From the sequence record OR352940.1: a stretch of 64,000 bases of DNA. The stretch is one strand, 5' to 3'. Position 1 is the stretch's first letter; every line of letters starts with the position of its first letter. The DNA is from Escherichia phage AV110. A program made the position numbers and the translations under genes. Shown here piece by piece: positions 19,537-29,790 of this stretch. The notes beneath the pieces are model-generated. The model was given only the letters and a program-made list of their open reading frames with translations, was not told the origin of the DNA and did not search any database.

Positions 19537-19908
19537 TCAATCTTCTATGATATCAGAGTCATATCCTAATGAAATCAAGGACTTTTTAAACTCTGCAATA
19601 TTCTTTTGTTTCTTATCATTTAAAAATATGACAGGATAACGAATATTAAGTGAAGTGAATCCTGCACGTTTAGCAAGAGATACGATTAAAGGACGGTCAT
19701 ATTCAATCTTACCATTGTTAGTGAGGACTTTATAAAATGTATAAGGAGCATTGAGCTCCTTTAAAAGTTTTGTAACAGTATAACATCCTGGACAACGTCC
19801 AACTTCTTCAGGGATGCCATAAACTTCAATTTTATTCTTTGGGTTCGAGTTTTGTTCCACGAGAAATAATTCCTTGATAAGCCCAGTACGGCGGGTTAAC
19901 AGAATCAT
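19537..19908 (-). CDS. glutaredoxin/thioredoxin-like protein (CPGC active site), NrdH-like
   Basis: Contains ...GRCPGCYTVTKLL...; ORF-track N-terminus overlaps upstream ORF, so true start is uncertain. Confidence 0.45.
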   Translation of the reverse strand: MILLTRRTGLIKELFLVEQNSNPKNKIEVYGIPEEVGRCPGCYTVTKLLKELNAPYTFYKVLTNNGKIEYDRPLIVSLAKRAGFTSLNIRYPVIFLNDKKQKNIAEFKKSLISLGYDSDIIED

Positions 19909-20143
19909 CACCAGAATTTTCTTCAGGGAAATAAACCTGAATAACGAATCCGGATTCGTCAAAGGTAAAATACACTGTAGGCAGTTCACCAAGCAATTCG
20001 GAACGAGCGTTAATTTCTTCGAGGTCTTGCTCACGTCCAGCCCAAAAACTAGGATTTAAACTACATTCGTAAAAATAATAGTCATTACCAAACATATCAA
20101 AACCCTTCCAACTCTCTACCACGTACCGCTCAAAACTAATCAT
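19832..20143 (-). CDS. hypothetical acidic protein (103 aa)
   Basis: ORF. Confidence 0.5.
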   Translation of the reverse strand: MISFERYVVESWKGFDMFGNDYYFYECSLNPSFWAGREQDLEEINARSELLGELPTVYFTFDESGFVIQVYFPEENSGDDSVNPPYWAYQGIISRGTKLEPKE

Positions 20144-20145
20144 AA

Positions 20146-20361
20146 TTAAGCCTTTTTATCAAGAACAGAATTCAGTTTATTAGTAATTTTGTCCAAACGT
20201 TCATTGAATTCGCTGGAGGATAAACCCTTTTCCGGAGAAATTAAACTAATCACGAAAAATACACCAGTAAAAGGAATAAGAAAAATAGCTCCAACTGCCA
20301 TAAACAAAAAGAACGTTACAGTTGTAAGAAAATCAGCTAAACCTTTACGAAATTTATACAT
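20146..20361 (-). CDS. small membrane protein (71 aa)
   Basis: Predicted TM helix (FFLFMAVGAIFLIPFTGVFFVISLI). Confidence 0.5.
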   Translation of the reverse strand: MYKFRKGLADFLTTVTFFLFMAVGAIFLIPFTGVFFVISLISPEKGLSSSEFNERLDKITNKLNSVLDKKA

Positions 20362-20471
20362 ATTTACCCTTAATTAACTAAGCATTGATAAGCATTAAAC
20401 TATATTGCGAATAAAATTCTGGACCAAAATTAAAAATCATATCATTTATAGTATCCATAATGTAATTCAAT

Positions 20472-20942
20472 TTAATCATGTTTCCACACCCCATCGGTAT
20501 TTGACCAAAGTCGCTGGTTATCTGATCCTCGCCACAGTTTTTTGGTCGGAAGATTTTTCTCATACTTCCCATCAATAATAACATCAACATATTTAAGCAT
20601 TTCTAGTTGTTTAATATCTTCAAACTTATATCCTGTCCACAACCAAATGCTTTTATTTGGATAAAGATTTTTTACTGTTTGAACAATGCAATGAATAACA
20701 TCTCGGTTATCAGGATAGAGAGGGTCACCTCCGGTTATAGTCAATCCTTCTATATAATCATTATTCAAACATTCAATTAATTGTTCTAGTGTTTCGCCAG
20801 TGAATGGAATACCATTTCTAGCATTCCATGTTGATTTATTATAACACCCTTCACATTTATGCAAACAACCTGTAACGAAAAGAACGACCCTGCAACCAGG
20901 GCCATTCACAAAATCGCAAGGATAAAATCTATCATAATTCAT
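20472..20942 (-). CDS. nrdG: anaerobic ribonucleotide reductase activating protein NrdG (radical SAM)
   Basis: 156 aa; CLHKCEGC cluster motif; overlaps nrdD stop. Confidence 0.9.
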   Translation of the reverse strand: MNYDRFYPCDFVNGPGCRVVLFVTGCLHKCEGCYNKSTWNARNGIPFTGETLEQLIECLNNDYIEGLTITGGDPLYPDNRDVIHCIVQTVKNLYPNKSIWLWTGYKFEDIKQLEMLKYVDVIIDGKYEKNLPTKKLWRGSDNQRLWSNTDGVWKHD

Positions 20943-22756
20943 TGGTGTTTAACCCTATGCATGATTTCTTTATTTTTACCGAGATTAAATCCGCGTTCGT
21001 TCGGATTTCCCAAATAACCACAAGTTCTTCTTATTGTGTTCATCTTTTTAGGATCAGTTTCTCCGCAAACTGAACAAACAAATCCATTTTCAGTAGGAGT
21101 CATTTCATGAGTACTTCCGCATGTAAAACATTTATCTACTGGCATATTAACACCAAAATAATCTAAATGTTGTGCAGCATAATCCCATACAGCCTCAAGT
21201 CCCTTTAAATTGTTTTTCATATCTGGAAGTTCAACATAAGAAATGTGACCGCCTGTCGCAATGAAATGATACGGCGCTTCACGAGAAATCTTTTCAAACG
21301 GAGTAATATTTTCTTCTACTGAAACATGGAAACTATTAGTGTACCAGCCTTTATCTGTAACATCTTTTACACTTCCATATTTTTCTGTGTCGAGTTTACA
21401 AAAGCGATAACAAAGGTTTTCAGCAGGAGTAGAATATAAACTAAAAGCAAATCCGGTTCTTTCAGTCCACTGTTTAAGATGAGCATTCATTTTAGTTAAA
21501 ATTTCTTGTCCAATATCACGACCGACAAGAATATTCAATTCGTGAATACCAATGTATCCCAAAGACACTGAACTTCTACCGTTTTTAAATAACTCAATTA
21601 TATCGTCATCAGGTTTAAGACGAACCCCAAATGCACCTTCTTGGTAAAGAATAGGAGCAACAGTCGCTTTAACTCCTTTTAAGGAACTAATTCTACACAT
21701 CAAAGCTTCAAAACACAGGTCCATTCGTTCGTTAAATAGCTCAACAAATTTCTGTTCATTGAACTGTGTTCCAATATAAGAATCTAACGCAATACGAGGA
21801 AGATTCAGTGTTACAACACCAAGATTATTACGTCCATCAAGAATTTCATTACCAGTCGAATCTTTCCATACGCTCAAGAAACTACGGCAACCCATCGGAG
21901 AAACAGGAACTGAAGAACCGGTAATAGCTTTATTATTCTTAACCGAAATAATGTCAGGATACATTCTTTTGCTTGCACATTCTAACGCAAGTTGTTTAAT
22001 ATCATAGTTCGGATCGTCTTTATAAAGATTAACACCTTCTTCAACGAACATAACAAGCTTAGGGAAAATAGGAGTTATTCCATCACGACCAAGACCTTTA
22101 ATGCGGTTTTTAAGAATTGCCTTCTGAATCATTCGTTCAGTCCAATCGGTTCCCGTACCAAATGTAATTGTTACAAAAGGAGTTTGTCCGTTTGAACTAA
22201 AGAGAGTATTTACTTCATATTCATAAGCTTGGAATGCGTCATAGACATCTTTTTCTGTTTTAGATTGAGCATAATTCAGAATGTCTGGTATTTGCCATTT
22301 TTCTGCATCTTCAACATGTTTAGCGTATGTACGTTTAACATAAGGAGAAAGAACTTTATCGACATTCGCAAATGTAGTTCCGCCATACTGATGTGAAGCA
22401 ACCTGTGCAGTAATTTGTGCCATAATTGCAGTAGCAACGCCAATAGATTTAGGCGTTTCAATTTGAGCATTGCCTAATTTAAATCCATTCTCAAGCATCC
22501 CCTTTAAATCGACTAAACAGCAATTGGTAAACGGAAGAGCAGGAGAATAATCAATATCATGCATGTGAATGATTCCGCTTTCATGCGCATTCATAATAAA
22601 AGACGGGACCATATTTTTGGCAATGTGCTTAGACACAATACCAGCCATAAGGTCCCGTTGAGTTGGAAAAACACGAGAATCTTTATTAGCATTCTCGTTT
22701 AAAAGGTCTTTATTAGTTTTATGAATTAATCCTTCAATTTCTTTTTCAATTTTCAT
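20939..22756 (-). CDS. nrdD: anaerobic (class III) ribonucleotide reductase NrdD
   Basis: 605 aa, uninterrupted (no intron); C-terminal Zn-ribbon CxxC..CxxC and glycyl-radical motif RRTCGYLG. Confidence 0.95.
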   Translation of the reverse strand: MKIEKEIEGLIHKTNKDLLNENANKDSRVFPTQRDLMAGIVSKHIAKNMVPSFIMNAHESGIIHMHDIDYSPALPFTNCCLVDLKGMLENGFKLGNAQIETPKSIGVATAIMAQITAQVASHQYGGTTFANVDKVLSPYVKRTYAKHVEDAEKWQIPDILNYAQSKTEKDVYDAFQAYEYEVNTLFSSNGQTPFVTITFGTGTDWTERMIQKAILKNRIKGLGRDGITPIFPKLVMFVEEGVNLYKDDPNYDIKQLALECASKRMYPDIISVKNNKAITGSSVPVSPMGCRSFLSVWKDSTGNEILDGRNNLGVVTLNLPRIALDSYIGTQFNEQKFVELFNERMDLCFEALMCRISSLKGVKATVAPILYQEGAFGVRLKPDDDIIELFKNGRSSVSLGYIGIHELNILVGRDIGQEILTKMNAHLKQWTERTGFAFSLYSTPAENLCYRFCKLDTEKYGSVKDVTDKGWYTNSFHVSVEENITPFEKISREAPYHFIATGGHISYVELPDMKNNLKGLEAVWDYAAQHLDYFGVNMPVDKCFTCGSTHEMTPTENGFVCSVCGETDPKKMNTIRRTCGYLGNPNERGFNLGKNKEIMHRVKHQ

Positions 22757-23226
22757 TTTAAACTCTTTCTAAGCTGCTTTTTGAATGAAGCTATTAATTG
22801 TGTTTTAGTATCTGATTCATTATATTCAAATCCTCTTTGAAGCATCTCGGTCATCATTTCCTCTTTACCTAGTCTTGAGAACTCTTTAGTTTTGTCTGGA
22901 ACAAAATTAGGATGGATATTATTATCAGAATAATCTTGTTTCAAATAAGCGAGAAGAGCTTCAAGCCATTCTAGGTAGTCGACATCACGGCCTTTAAGAC
23001 CAGAACGGTTGAACTTATGCTTCATTTGACCTTCTGCTGCGTTGCACAGAGAACAGAGTAATCCACGAACTCTACCGGCTTTTGGCCCGTTTAATTCATG
23101 GTCGTGGTCAAGATGGTTACCTTGAACATCAGGGTCTAATTCACGGTGGCAAATAGGACACTTACCGTTCTGTGCATCATAAAATTTTTGTTTTTCTTCT
23201 TTATATTTTGCGCCTGATAATAACAT
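22753..23226 (-). CDS. 49: endonuclease VII (Holliday-junction resolvase) gp49
   Basis: 157 aa; MLLSGAKYKEEKQKFYDAQNGKCPICHREL... near-identical to T4 endo VII as recalled. Confidence 0.92.
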   Translation of the reverse strand: MLLSGAKYKEEKQKFYDAQNGKCPICHRELDPDVQGNHLDHDHELNGPKAGRVRGLLCSLCNAAEGQMKHKFNRSGLKGRDVDYLEWLEALLAYLKQDYSDNNIHPNFVPDKTKEFSRLGKEEMMTEMLQRGFEYNESDTKTQLIASFKKQLRKSLK

Positions 23227-23261
23227 GATAAACCCTTACCTTAAATAGATAAGGGTATTTA

Positions 23262-23675
23262 TTAACTTAAACGTCTTTCTAAATATTCAATGTATTCTGC
23301 GGCTGCTTGCATCAGGTTACCTTCATAGCCGTCGTTATTTTCTTGTCCGGCTAATTTAGCTAAAGCATAAGAAATACGTTCACCTTCGAATTCGCCAAGT
23401 CCACCATCACAAACTACTTGGTCAATTTCTTCGAGTTCATCTATTGAATGGGATTCCCAGAAGCACCAAAGAGAAGTATCACGGTCATAGATGCAAAGTT
23501 TCTCACCTGTGTTCAACAACACTTCGATAATGCCATGGTCGCCATAACCATCTTCGGTAGTAGTACCAATTACCTTGATGATCGTATCTTTCTTTAATTC
23601 AGGAAACTTGACTTGTAGTTCTTCATCTTCTTTAACAATCTTGAACCATTTACCGCGAGTTTCAGAAATATTCAT
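23262..23675 (-). CDS. hypothetical acidic protein (T4 pin region)
   Basis: ORF trimmed to internal Met MNISETRGKW; upstream extension overlaps another ORF. Confidence 0.4.
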   Translation of the reverse strand: MNISETRGKWFKIVKEDEELQVKFPELKKDTIIKVIGTTTEDGYGDHGIIEVLLNTGEKLCIYDRDTSLWCFWESHSIDELEEIDQVVCDGGLGEFEGERISYALAKLAGQENNDGYEGNLMQAAAEYIEYLERRLS

Positions 23676-23975
23676 ATCAATATTCTCTATAAAAGTTACG
23701 ATGAGAACGTTTAGCTTTGCGAAGCTGACGTTTAGTAGGACGAACTGTAAATGGTTGTCCAGAGAAAAAATTCGGATCGGTTTTAATAAGCAAATACCAA
23801 TCATGTTTACCATTTTTTAATAAACGGTACAATAATTTAACTTGCATAATAATCTCTTCCCATTTCCATATCAATTAATTCATTTATTGAAGGTTCATCA
23901 TAACATGGTTCTTCGTCGTTGTAAACCGTTTTGACGTCTGGCTCGACAGTCTCCCATCGAGCAGAATACCACGGT

Positions 23976-24332
23976 TTAACCCCGGAGTTTATTGAGCTCT
24001 TCATAATCAATCCAGGATTCTAGCCCTGACGGCAGGTCACATTCAATGTTCCACAGAAGCTCTTCAATGGCTTGCAGGCGATTATATTCTTCAACGGTAA
24101 TGGTAACCATTGGTGCAACCGGTTCTGCCTTTTTAACCATCATATCGTTCATCAGGACGTAAAGGTCATCACGAACGACAGTGTCGTTCCAACCCCATGA
24201 TTTGGCTTCGTAAGCTAATGATGAAGGGAGCACATTTAAAACTTCAATAATAGTTGGAGCATCAGGACCAAGTTCATTGGCACAAACTTCGTATACATCT
24301 TGGAAATCTTTAAGATTTAATGAATATGTCAT
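23976..24332 (-). CDS. hypothetical protein (118 aa)
   Basis: ORF. Confidence 0.5.
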   Translation of the reverse strand: MTYSLNLKDFQDVYEVCANELGPDAPTIIEVLNVLPSSLAYEAKSWGWNDTVVRDDLYVLMNDMMVKKAEPVAPMVTITVEEYNRLQAIEELLWNIECDLPSGLESWIDYEELNKLRG

Positions 24333-24592
24333 TTAAAATATTCTCGTAGTTGGTCAAAGCCACCGATCGAAGTTCCATCAGGAGCAAACACTTGAGGCAT
24401 AGTCAATCCGACTTGTGATTCACGTCCAAGCTTAGTCAGAAGCTCAGCAATTTTTTCTTCATCGAATACACCTTTTTCTGGCATAACATTAATGAATTCG
24501 AACGGCTGTTTCTTAACAGTCAGCAATCGTTTCGCATTATCACAATAAATGCATTTATGAATAGTAGAGTCATACCCGTACACTTTAAACAT
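24329..24592 (-). CDS. nrdC: glutaredoxin/thioredoxin NrdC
   Basis: Start at MFKVYGYD; CIYC active site; near-identical to T4 NrdC as recalled. Confidence 0.9.
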   Translation of the reverse strand: MFKVYGYDSTIHKCIYCDNAKRLLTVKKQPFEFINVMPEKGVFDEEKIAELLTKLGRESQVGLTMPQVFAPDGTSIGGFDQLREYFK

Positions 24593-24998
24593 TATTTTTC
24601 CTTTCATCGATTAAATATGCAATGCCAAATACAATACATGTAATAAAACCTGTGATACAGATAGAAACCAACAACACCGTACCAAAGAACCAAATCAAGT
24701 TATCTTTAGTAGTTTGTTTGATATCCATCTCACGAATTTCTATAGCTATCGTATCACCTTTATTCAGAAGCGTATAAAATGATGGAGATACACGCCTGTC
24801 AAAAACTCGTCCTTGCTCATCTTTATAAACTGCAATAAATTCTAATTTAGAATATTTTCCTGTAGATTGACCTGAAATTAATTCCACTACCTCCACAGGA
24901 ATTACTTTAGTTTCCATGTAAGTATTCTGGCTGTTCCAAATGAATGGAATGATGGCAAAAACTAAAGCTGCGATAAAACAACGAAGGCTATATCTCAT
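24585..24998 (-). CDS. membrane protein (137 aa, two TM segments)
   Basis: Hydrophobic N- and C-terminal segments. Confidence 0.5.
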   Translation of the reverse strand: MRYSLRCFIAALVFAIIPFIWNSQNTYMETKVIPVEVVELISGQSTGKYSKLEFIAVYKDEQGRVFDRRVSPSFYTLLNKGDTIAIEIREMDIKQTTKDNLIWFFGTVLLVSICITGFITCIVFGIAYLIDERKNNV

Positions 24999-25303
24999 TA
25001 TAATGTTCTCTCAAATTTATGGAAGCATTTACGGCATTTCAATTTCAAGTTATCAGTGGTCCAGTTAACCAGTTGGACTTGGATAGTTCCACATTCCGGG
25101 CATGGATGTTTTGCTGCCGATTTGGCAGCATTTTCACGTCGTTCAACCATTTTCATTATTTCGTTCCATGCCGGAGGAACGAACTCTTCTTCACCGTGGA
25201 TTTTATCTCGCTGAACAAATTCGATCTTTGAACTATCGTCAATAAACTTAACCAAGCCATGATTAGTGCTCATATCAATATCCTCTAAAAGACGTAGTTT
25301 CAT
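24998..25303 (-). CDS. Zn-ribbon protein (101 aa)
   Basis: CPECG...CRKC pair of CxxC motifs. Confidence 0.5.
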   Translation of the reverse strand: MKLRLLEDIDMSTNHGLVKFIDDSSKIEFVQRDKIHGEEEFVPPAWNEIMKMVERRENAAKSAAKHPCPECGTIQVQLVNWTTDNLKLKCRKCFHKFERTL

Positions 25304-26253
25304 TATAACACCTCAATGGCATTTCGTAAACCATCCGCTTTCGCATTCAGAGCTTTTAACGATTTAGTTTGTTCTGCAATCTGGGCTTCGACTTCTTTCA
25401 GACGAGATTTGAGATATTCGCGTTCTTCTCTTAAGTTATCAACTTTTTCTGCTTTAGGCTCTTTAATAGGCTTAGGCTTATACTCGTTAGGGTTCTTCAA
25501 CTTAATTTGAATGCGAGAACTGTATAACATTGAACCATTAGCTTCGGTTTCATCATACATTTCTACCACGTCCATGATTCTTAACATCATGCGAAGTTTA
25601 TAAGACAGCGAACGAACGGTTTTGTTGCGCTTATTAATTTCTTCGGCTTTCATGGTACCGAGATTACGTGAGTAGTAATAAGGAACCTGGATATCAATTG
25701 ATAATGATGCGTTACCATTACCGGTTGGTTTGAATACTGCAGTAACCCAATCTTTAACATGAACTTTATTTGTACGATCATCGCCGCCTGTGAATAATTT
25801 ACGAGAATGTTTAAAAAGCATATTCACTTGGTTATTGAATTCACAAGCAAATTTATCAGCAAATTTAGTTTCAGGAATGGTAGATAACCAATCAGCCAAA
25901 TGAGTCTTTTTAACATCATTAACAATAGTGAATTCAACCAAATCGGTTTTAGATGTCACAGATTTAATAAAGCTCGGCTTCATAAAGTTTTTAATGTTAT
26001 CGCGAGCTACAGTAGAAGATAATAAACGAGAACGTTTAAACCATTGAAGCAACGTCCCTAACGAATGAGAATACGCATTTTGAGTATCTTTACAGATATG
26101 ATTTTCTTGGCCTATGTATGTACCAAAATCGCGAAGAATACCACTTACTACATCTCGGTGTGGAACATCAAATCCTAGTGCACCAGAAGCACGTTGGGCA
26201 TGAACGTTAGCGATAAGACCTGCAAAGTATTCAATGTAATGTGAACGTGTCAT
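25303..26253 (-). CDS. hypothetical protein (316 aa) with C-terminal coiled coil
   Basis: Long ORF; no motif recognised. Confidence 0.6.
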   Translation of the reverse strand: MTRSHYIEYFAGLIANVHAQRASGALGFDVPHRDVVSGILRDFGTYIGQENHICKDTQNAYSHSLGTLLQWFKRSRLLSSTVARDNIKNFMKPSFIKSVTSKTDLVEFTIVNDVKKTHLADWLSTIPETKFADKFACEFNNQVNMLFKHSRKLFTGGDDRTNKVHVKDWVTAVFKPTGNGNASLSIDIQVPYYYSRNLGTMKAEEINKRNKTVRSLSYKLRMMLRIMDVVEMYDETEANGSMLYSSRIQIKLKNPNEYKPKPIKEPKAEKVDNLREEREYLKSRLKEVEAQIAEQTKSLKALNAKADGLRNAIEVL

Positions 26254-26310
26254 AATATTTTCCTCTCGTTAAGATAGATTCATTATACTCCAACCATCCT
26301 TGGTTGTACA

Positions 26311-27306
26311 TCATTCCTTAAGAAGTTTTACTACTTGAATAAGATTAGCTCGTTCTGTTTTATTTTTACCATTTAAGCCTGCTAATCGTGAGATTTCATC
26401 GTCGGTCTGTTGAATAGTTACATTAAGTTCGTTAATCAAAGCTTCAAAGTATTTGATTTGCTCAGCATGTTTTGATTCAAATTTCTGAACAGGAATAACG
26501 TCTTGGTTTAGTTCATCAATAAGGTCTTTAAGAGCATCTTCTTGGTTGATATCATATTCAACTTCTTTTATTTCTTCAACGAGCTCGTCTTTATATCTAA
26601 CGTCTTTTAGTCCTGGTGCTGGTCCTGAAATCTCTTCTTTAAGAGTACAAACATACCCAATACGGTATCCAATGCCGTCTCGCTTGATATCAACTTCGTC
26701 GATAAATCCACAATGTTTAAGACCAGAGCCGATTAGGTCAAAATATCCTTGACGTCGTCCTTCAAACGTTACACGAACTACTAAGACAGTTTTGCCACCA
26801 ACCTTTTGAAGCTCACATTTATAAAAGTCTGTTGAACCTGAATAACTTGGATGAGTTTTAAAGTTCATCTGACGATCTAGGCCCATTTGTAAACGTGCTG
26901 TTACGGCCATAAAACGTGTTTGGTTCTCGTTAAGATGAGCAACAATCCATTTCAAAGGCATTTTACACTGTTCACGACCGAACAAATCGGTACGTCCTAG
27001 ATTACGCAGGATGTTGTTAGAGTTAATCATCGACAGAACGTTAAGTTTATTCAGCGCGCTGAAGATTCCATCAGCCATTGATTTTCCATAACCTTTACAC
27101 GCTTTAATAAGTGCTCGCGGCAGATTAGTATAGATTTCAGACGGCATATGAAAATCAAATTTACTAGTCAGTAATTGATGAACTTGGATAGCAATTTGCT
27201 CATAATTAAGTGCTCTGCGATCGTTATGGTCTTTAAACCACACTTTAATCTGTGAAGCACATAAACCGTTAATTTCATGTTTTACCGCATCAGATGTAAT
27301 GCTCAT
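26311..27306 (-). CDS. hypothetical protein (331 aa) with C-terminal coiled coil
   Basis: Long ORF; architecture resembles the upstream 316-aa ORF. Confidence 0.6.
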   Translation of the reverse strand: MSITSDAVKHEINGLCASQIKVWFKDHNDRRALNYEQIAIQVHQLLTSKFDFHMPSEIYTNLPRALIKACKGYGKSMADGIFSALNKLNVLSMINSNNILRNLGRTDLFGREQCKMPLKWIVAHLNENQTRFMAVTARLQMGLDRQMNFKTHPSYSGSTDFYKCELQKVGGKTVLVVRVTFEGRRQGYFDLIGSGLKHCGFIDEVDIKRDGIGYRIGYVCTLKEEISGPAPGLKDVRYKDELVEEIKEVEYDINQEDALKDLIDELNQDVIPVQKFESKHAEQIKYFEALINELNVTIQQTDDEISRLAGLNGKNKTERANLIQVVKLLKE

Positions 27307-27368
27307 AACTATTTCCTCAGATTGAATTGGAACTCAAAACCATTATAACCCGTCCTTGGGTAAAGCGT

Positions 27369-27896
27369 TTATGCGTGAACCGTCTTTAAACGTTCTTCAA
27401 ATTTCCGAAGAGTACTAATACGTTCTGCTTTCTGTTTTGTATAGTTTGCAATACGTTCTGAAGTGAGAGCGTATCGTTCGTTTACTGTTTCTTTCATGAA
27501 GTCAGGGATTTCACGAGAAGCTTTAATTTCATCAAACTTATCGAGTACTGCCTGGTCTTCAGCGATTAAATTTTCATACATCTCGATATCTTTCTTGATA
27601 AACTCGATATCTTCCTGGGTTACTTTGGATAAACGAGATGCTTTATCCTTTTTGTACTGCTCGTTAGTTTCACGAGACCAGAATAATGTACGTTTTTTGT
27701 TAGTGTTTTTGTAGACTTCCGCAATTCCAACTGAATCGATGATAACAATCCAATTCCAGCGAGATTTGAAAATCTGACCTCCGTCTACGGTAATCTCGTT
27801 ACCATAAGCAACGTCATTAAAGAACTTGCTTTGTGCTTCAGATTTAAATTTTCCGTCGTTATAATTTACCAGGTTGAAAATATCTTTAGCGTTCAT
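27369..27896 (-). CDS. hypothetical protein (175 aa)
   Basis: ORF preceded by an early promoter. Confidence 0.55.
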   Translation of the reverse strand: MNAKDIFNLVNYNDGKFKSEAQSKFFNDVAYGNEITVDGGQIFKSRWNWIVIIDSVGIAEVYKNTNKKRTLFWSRETNEQYKKDKASRLSKVTQEDIEFIKKDIEMYENLIAEDQAVLDKFDEIKASREIPDFMKETVNERYALTSERIANYTKQKAERISTLRKFEERLKTVHA

Positions 27897-27923
27897 GTTT
27901 TACCTCCAGTAGTTGATAGGTCT

Positions 27924-27952
27924 ATAATAACATAACTATAGACCTTGTAAAC
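27924..27952 (-). promoter_or_regulatory. sigma70-type early promoter (GTTTAC-N17-TATTAT on minus strand)
   Basis: rc of gtaaac at ~27947-27952 and of ataata at ~27924-27929; inside ATAGGTCT..AGACCTAT-like palindrome. Confidence 0.45.
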
Positions 27953-27954
27953 AA

Positions 27955-28242
27955 CTAAAAGAAACTTTTTTCGGTATTTTTTCCACTGAACCAAACAGAC
28001 TTCGGGATTTTTTGTAATTTTTCAGATTTAAGTTTCTCTTCCTGTTCTTTCTTATATACACCCTTGTCGTACTGGAGCATCTCTATGGCATTCTTTTGCA
28101 AACGATCTAAGGTAATTAAGGCTTTAGTTTTTCCTTTCAAGGAAGAGTCCTGGCGAACCTCCTCACTATATTGCATCGTAGAACTAACCATACGATGAGC
28201 ATACAGTTCGACTGCGGCTTTATTTTTTTGCATAAAATCCAT
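27955..28242 (-). CDS. hypothetical protein (95 aa)
   Basis: ORF. Confidence 0.45.
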   Translation of the reverse strand: MDFMQKNKAAVELYAHRMVSSTMQYSEEVRQDSSLKGKTKALITLDRLQKNAIEMLQYDKGVYKKEQEEKLKSEKLQKIPKSVWFSGKNTEKSFF

Positions 28243-28379
28243 AACATATCCTCTTTGATTTGTACATCATTATTTTAAATATTTCTATGCCCTCAGTAGG
28301 TTCCTGGTGTCCTTCTTTGAGGTAAGCCATATGATTATTCATCTTTATGGCTTTTGTTACCTCAGAACTTCCTATAAGC

Positions 28380-29381
28380 TTATTTCAGTAAAGTTACTTC
28401 AGAGATTTCCTCCCAACCATCTTTATCAGTTGAAATAAAATCTGCTACATAAAGAGCGGTACGTAATGATACATTGCGAAGACGAGATACATTAGCCTTC
28501 ATCCAGGACAATGCTTTATACGTTTCTGCATCAGTCAGACCACGTTTCTGCATCATGTCAGTAGATAATATTACATCTTCAACTCGAACCATAATCTCTT
28601 CATTAGAGTGTACTCCAAGGTCGAGATACACTGAGCGAGATACTAAAGCTTGAAGGTGTGGAGCAAGTTTCGAACCGCGTTCTAACTCTTTATCGATATC
28701 AACGTTTGTAATGAAAACGATAGTACCTTCAAACTCAAATTCTTTATCAATACCCTTATCATCGAGATAAGATGACGCAGTGCTCCAACAAACTTTGCGT
28801 TTATCTCCAGTATCTAATGCTGCTTTAAGAAGATTCAAGATGTCCATATCTGAGAATACGTCAACGTCATCGATTAAGAGAACGCTGTCTGCATCACGGT
28901 TGAGCCAAAGTTGTTCGTAAAGGCCAATACCAGAGATTTTACCATTAATGCTTTTGTATTTGATGAAACCATTATCATTAGCATTATTAAGTGCTTTATC
29001 CAGAGAATACGTCTTACCAATACCGGCTGCACCTGAAATAATGAGTGAACGAATTTTGCCATCGATAATGCCATTCGTCATCATGTTCATTACTTTAAAG
29101 CGTTTGTTGATACGAGTTTTCATATCTTCAGTGCTTTCAACAACTGCAACTGGTGATGTCTCAACTCCTTCCATTACGATGTCTGATTTGAAGACCCATA
29201 CTCCACGTTCAGAACCATCAATCATAACGAAAATTTTACCGTCACCTAAGTGGGAACATTCAGGATTAAGCTTTGCTGGGAACCAGGTCTTTGTGGCAAC
29301 ATAAGAACCAGAGATTTCGTTATTACGATAGATACCTTTTTTGATTTGAACGTTGAACATTTTATTCTCCAATTTACTCAT
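28380..29381 (-). CDS. P-loop ATPase (333 aa)
   Basis: Walker A GAAGIGKTY, Walker B LLIDDVD. Confidence 0.65.
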   Translation of the reverse strand: MSKLENKMFNVQIKKGIYRNNEISGSYVATKTWFPAKLNPECSHLGDGKIFVMIDGSERGVWVFKSDIVMEGVETSPVAVVESTEDMKTRINKRFKVMNMMTNGIIDGKIRSLIISGAAGIGKTYSLDKALNNANDNGFIKYKSINGKISGIGLYEQLWLNRDADSVLLIDDVDVFSDMDILNLLKAALDTGDKRKVCWSTASSYLDDKGIDKEFEFEGTIVFITNVDIDKELERGSKLAPHLQALVSRSVYLDLGVHSNEEIMVRVEDVILSTDMMQKRGLTDAETYKALSWMKANVSRLRNVSLRTALYVADFISTDKDGWEEISEVTLLK

Positions 29382-29477
29382 TTCGTTTCGATAGGTCTAT
29401 AATAACATATCCTAAAAGCATGTACACTACTTTTTTAAATATTTTAACCCCCTAAAGGGACCCGAAGGTCCCCACAT

Positions 29478-29759
29478 TTACTTATCGCACTTAGCAACAT
29501 AATTAGGCATATCACAGAATACAGAGCGAGTAACTACTCGGCCCTTTGTCCATGCTTCAGTCGCTTGTCCGGCCGTGCTATTAATATAGCTTGATTTAAT
29601 GTTCTCAATACCTTGAGAATGTGATGCATTTACCGAACCATTGGAAGGCCCAGAAGACTGGTTACCACCAGCTCCTGCACTACCGCTGGCTGCACCCGTG
29701 GTAGCACCAACAGAGAATGTCATCATTACTGCGAATAAACCAATTGCTAATTTTTTCAT
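29478..29759 (-). CDS. secreted Gly/Ser-rich protein (93 aa) with signal peptide
   Basis: N-terminal MKKLAIGLFAVMMTFSVGA; late-promoter motif directly upstream. Confidence 0.55.
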   Translation of the reverse strand: MKKLAIGLFAVMMTFSVGATTGAASGSAGAGGNQSSGPSNGSVNASHSQGIENIKSSYINSTAGQATEAWTKGRVVTRSVFCDMPNYVAKCDK

Positions 29760-29790
29760 ATTTACCTCAAGTTAAGGGTTATTTATCTAC

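Noticed and set aside
20378-20590. 70-aa ORF overlapping the 3' end of nrdG
   Set aside because: Mostly overlaps nrdG in another frame; only a ~34-aa non-overlapping tail would remain. Insufficient evidence.
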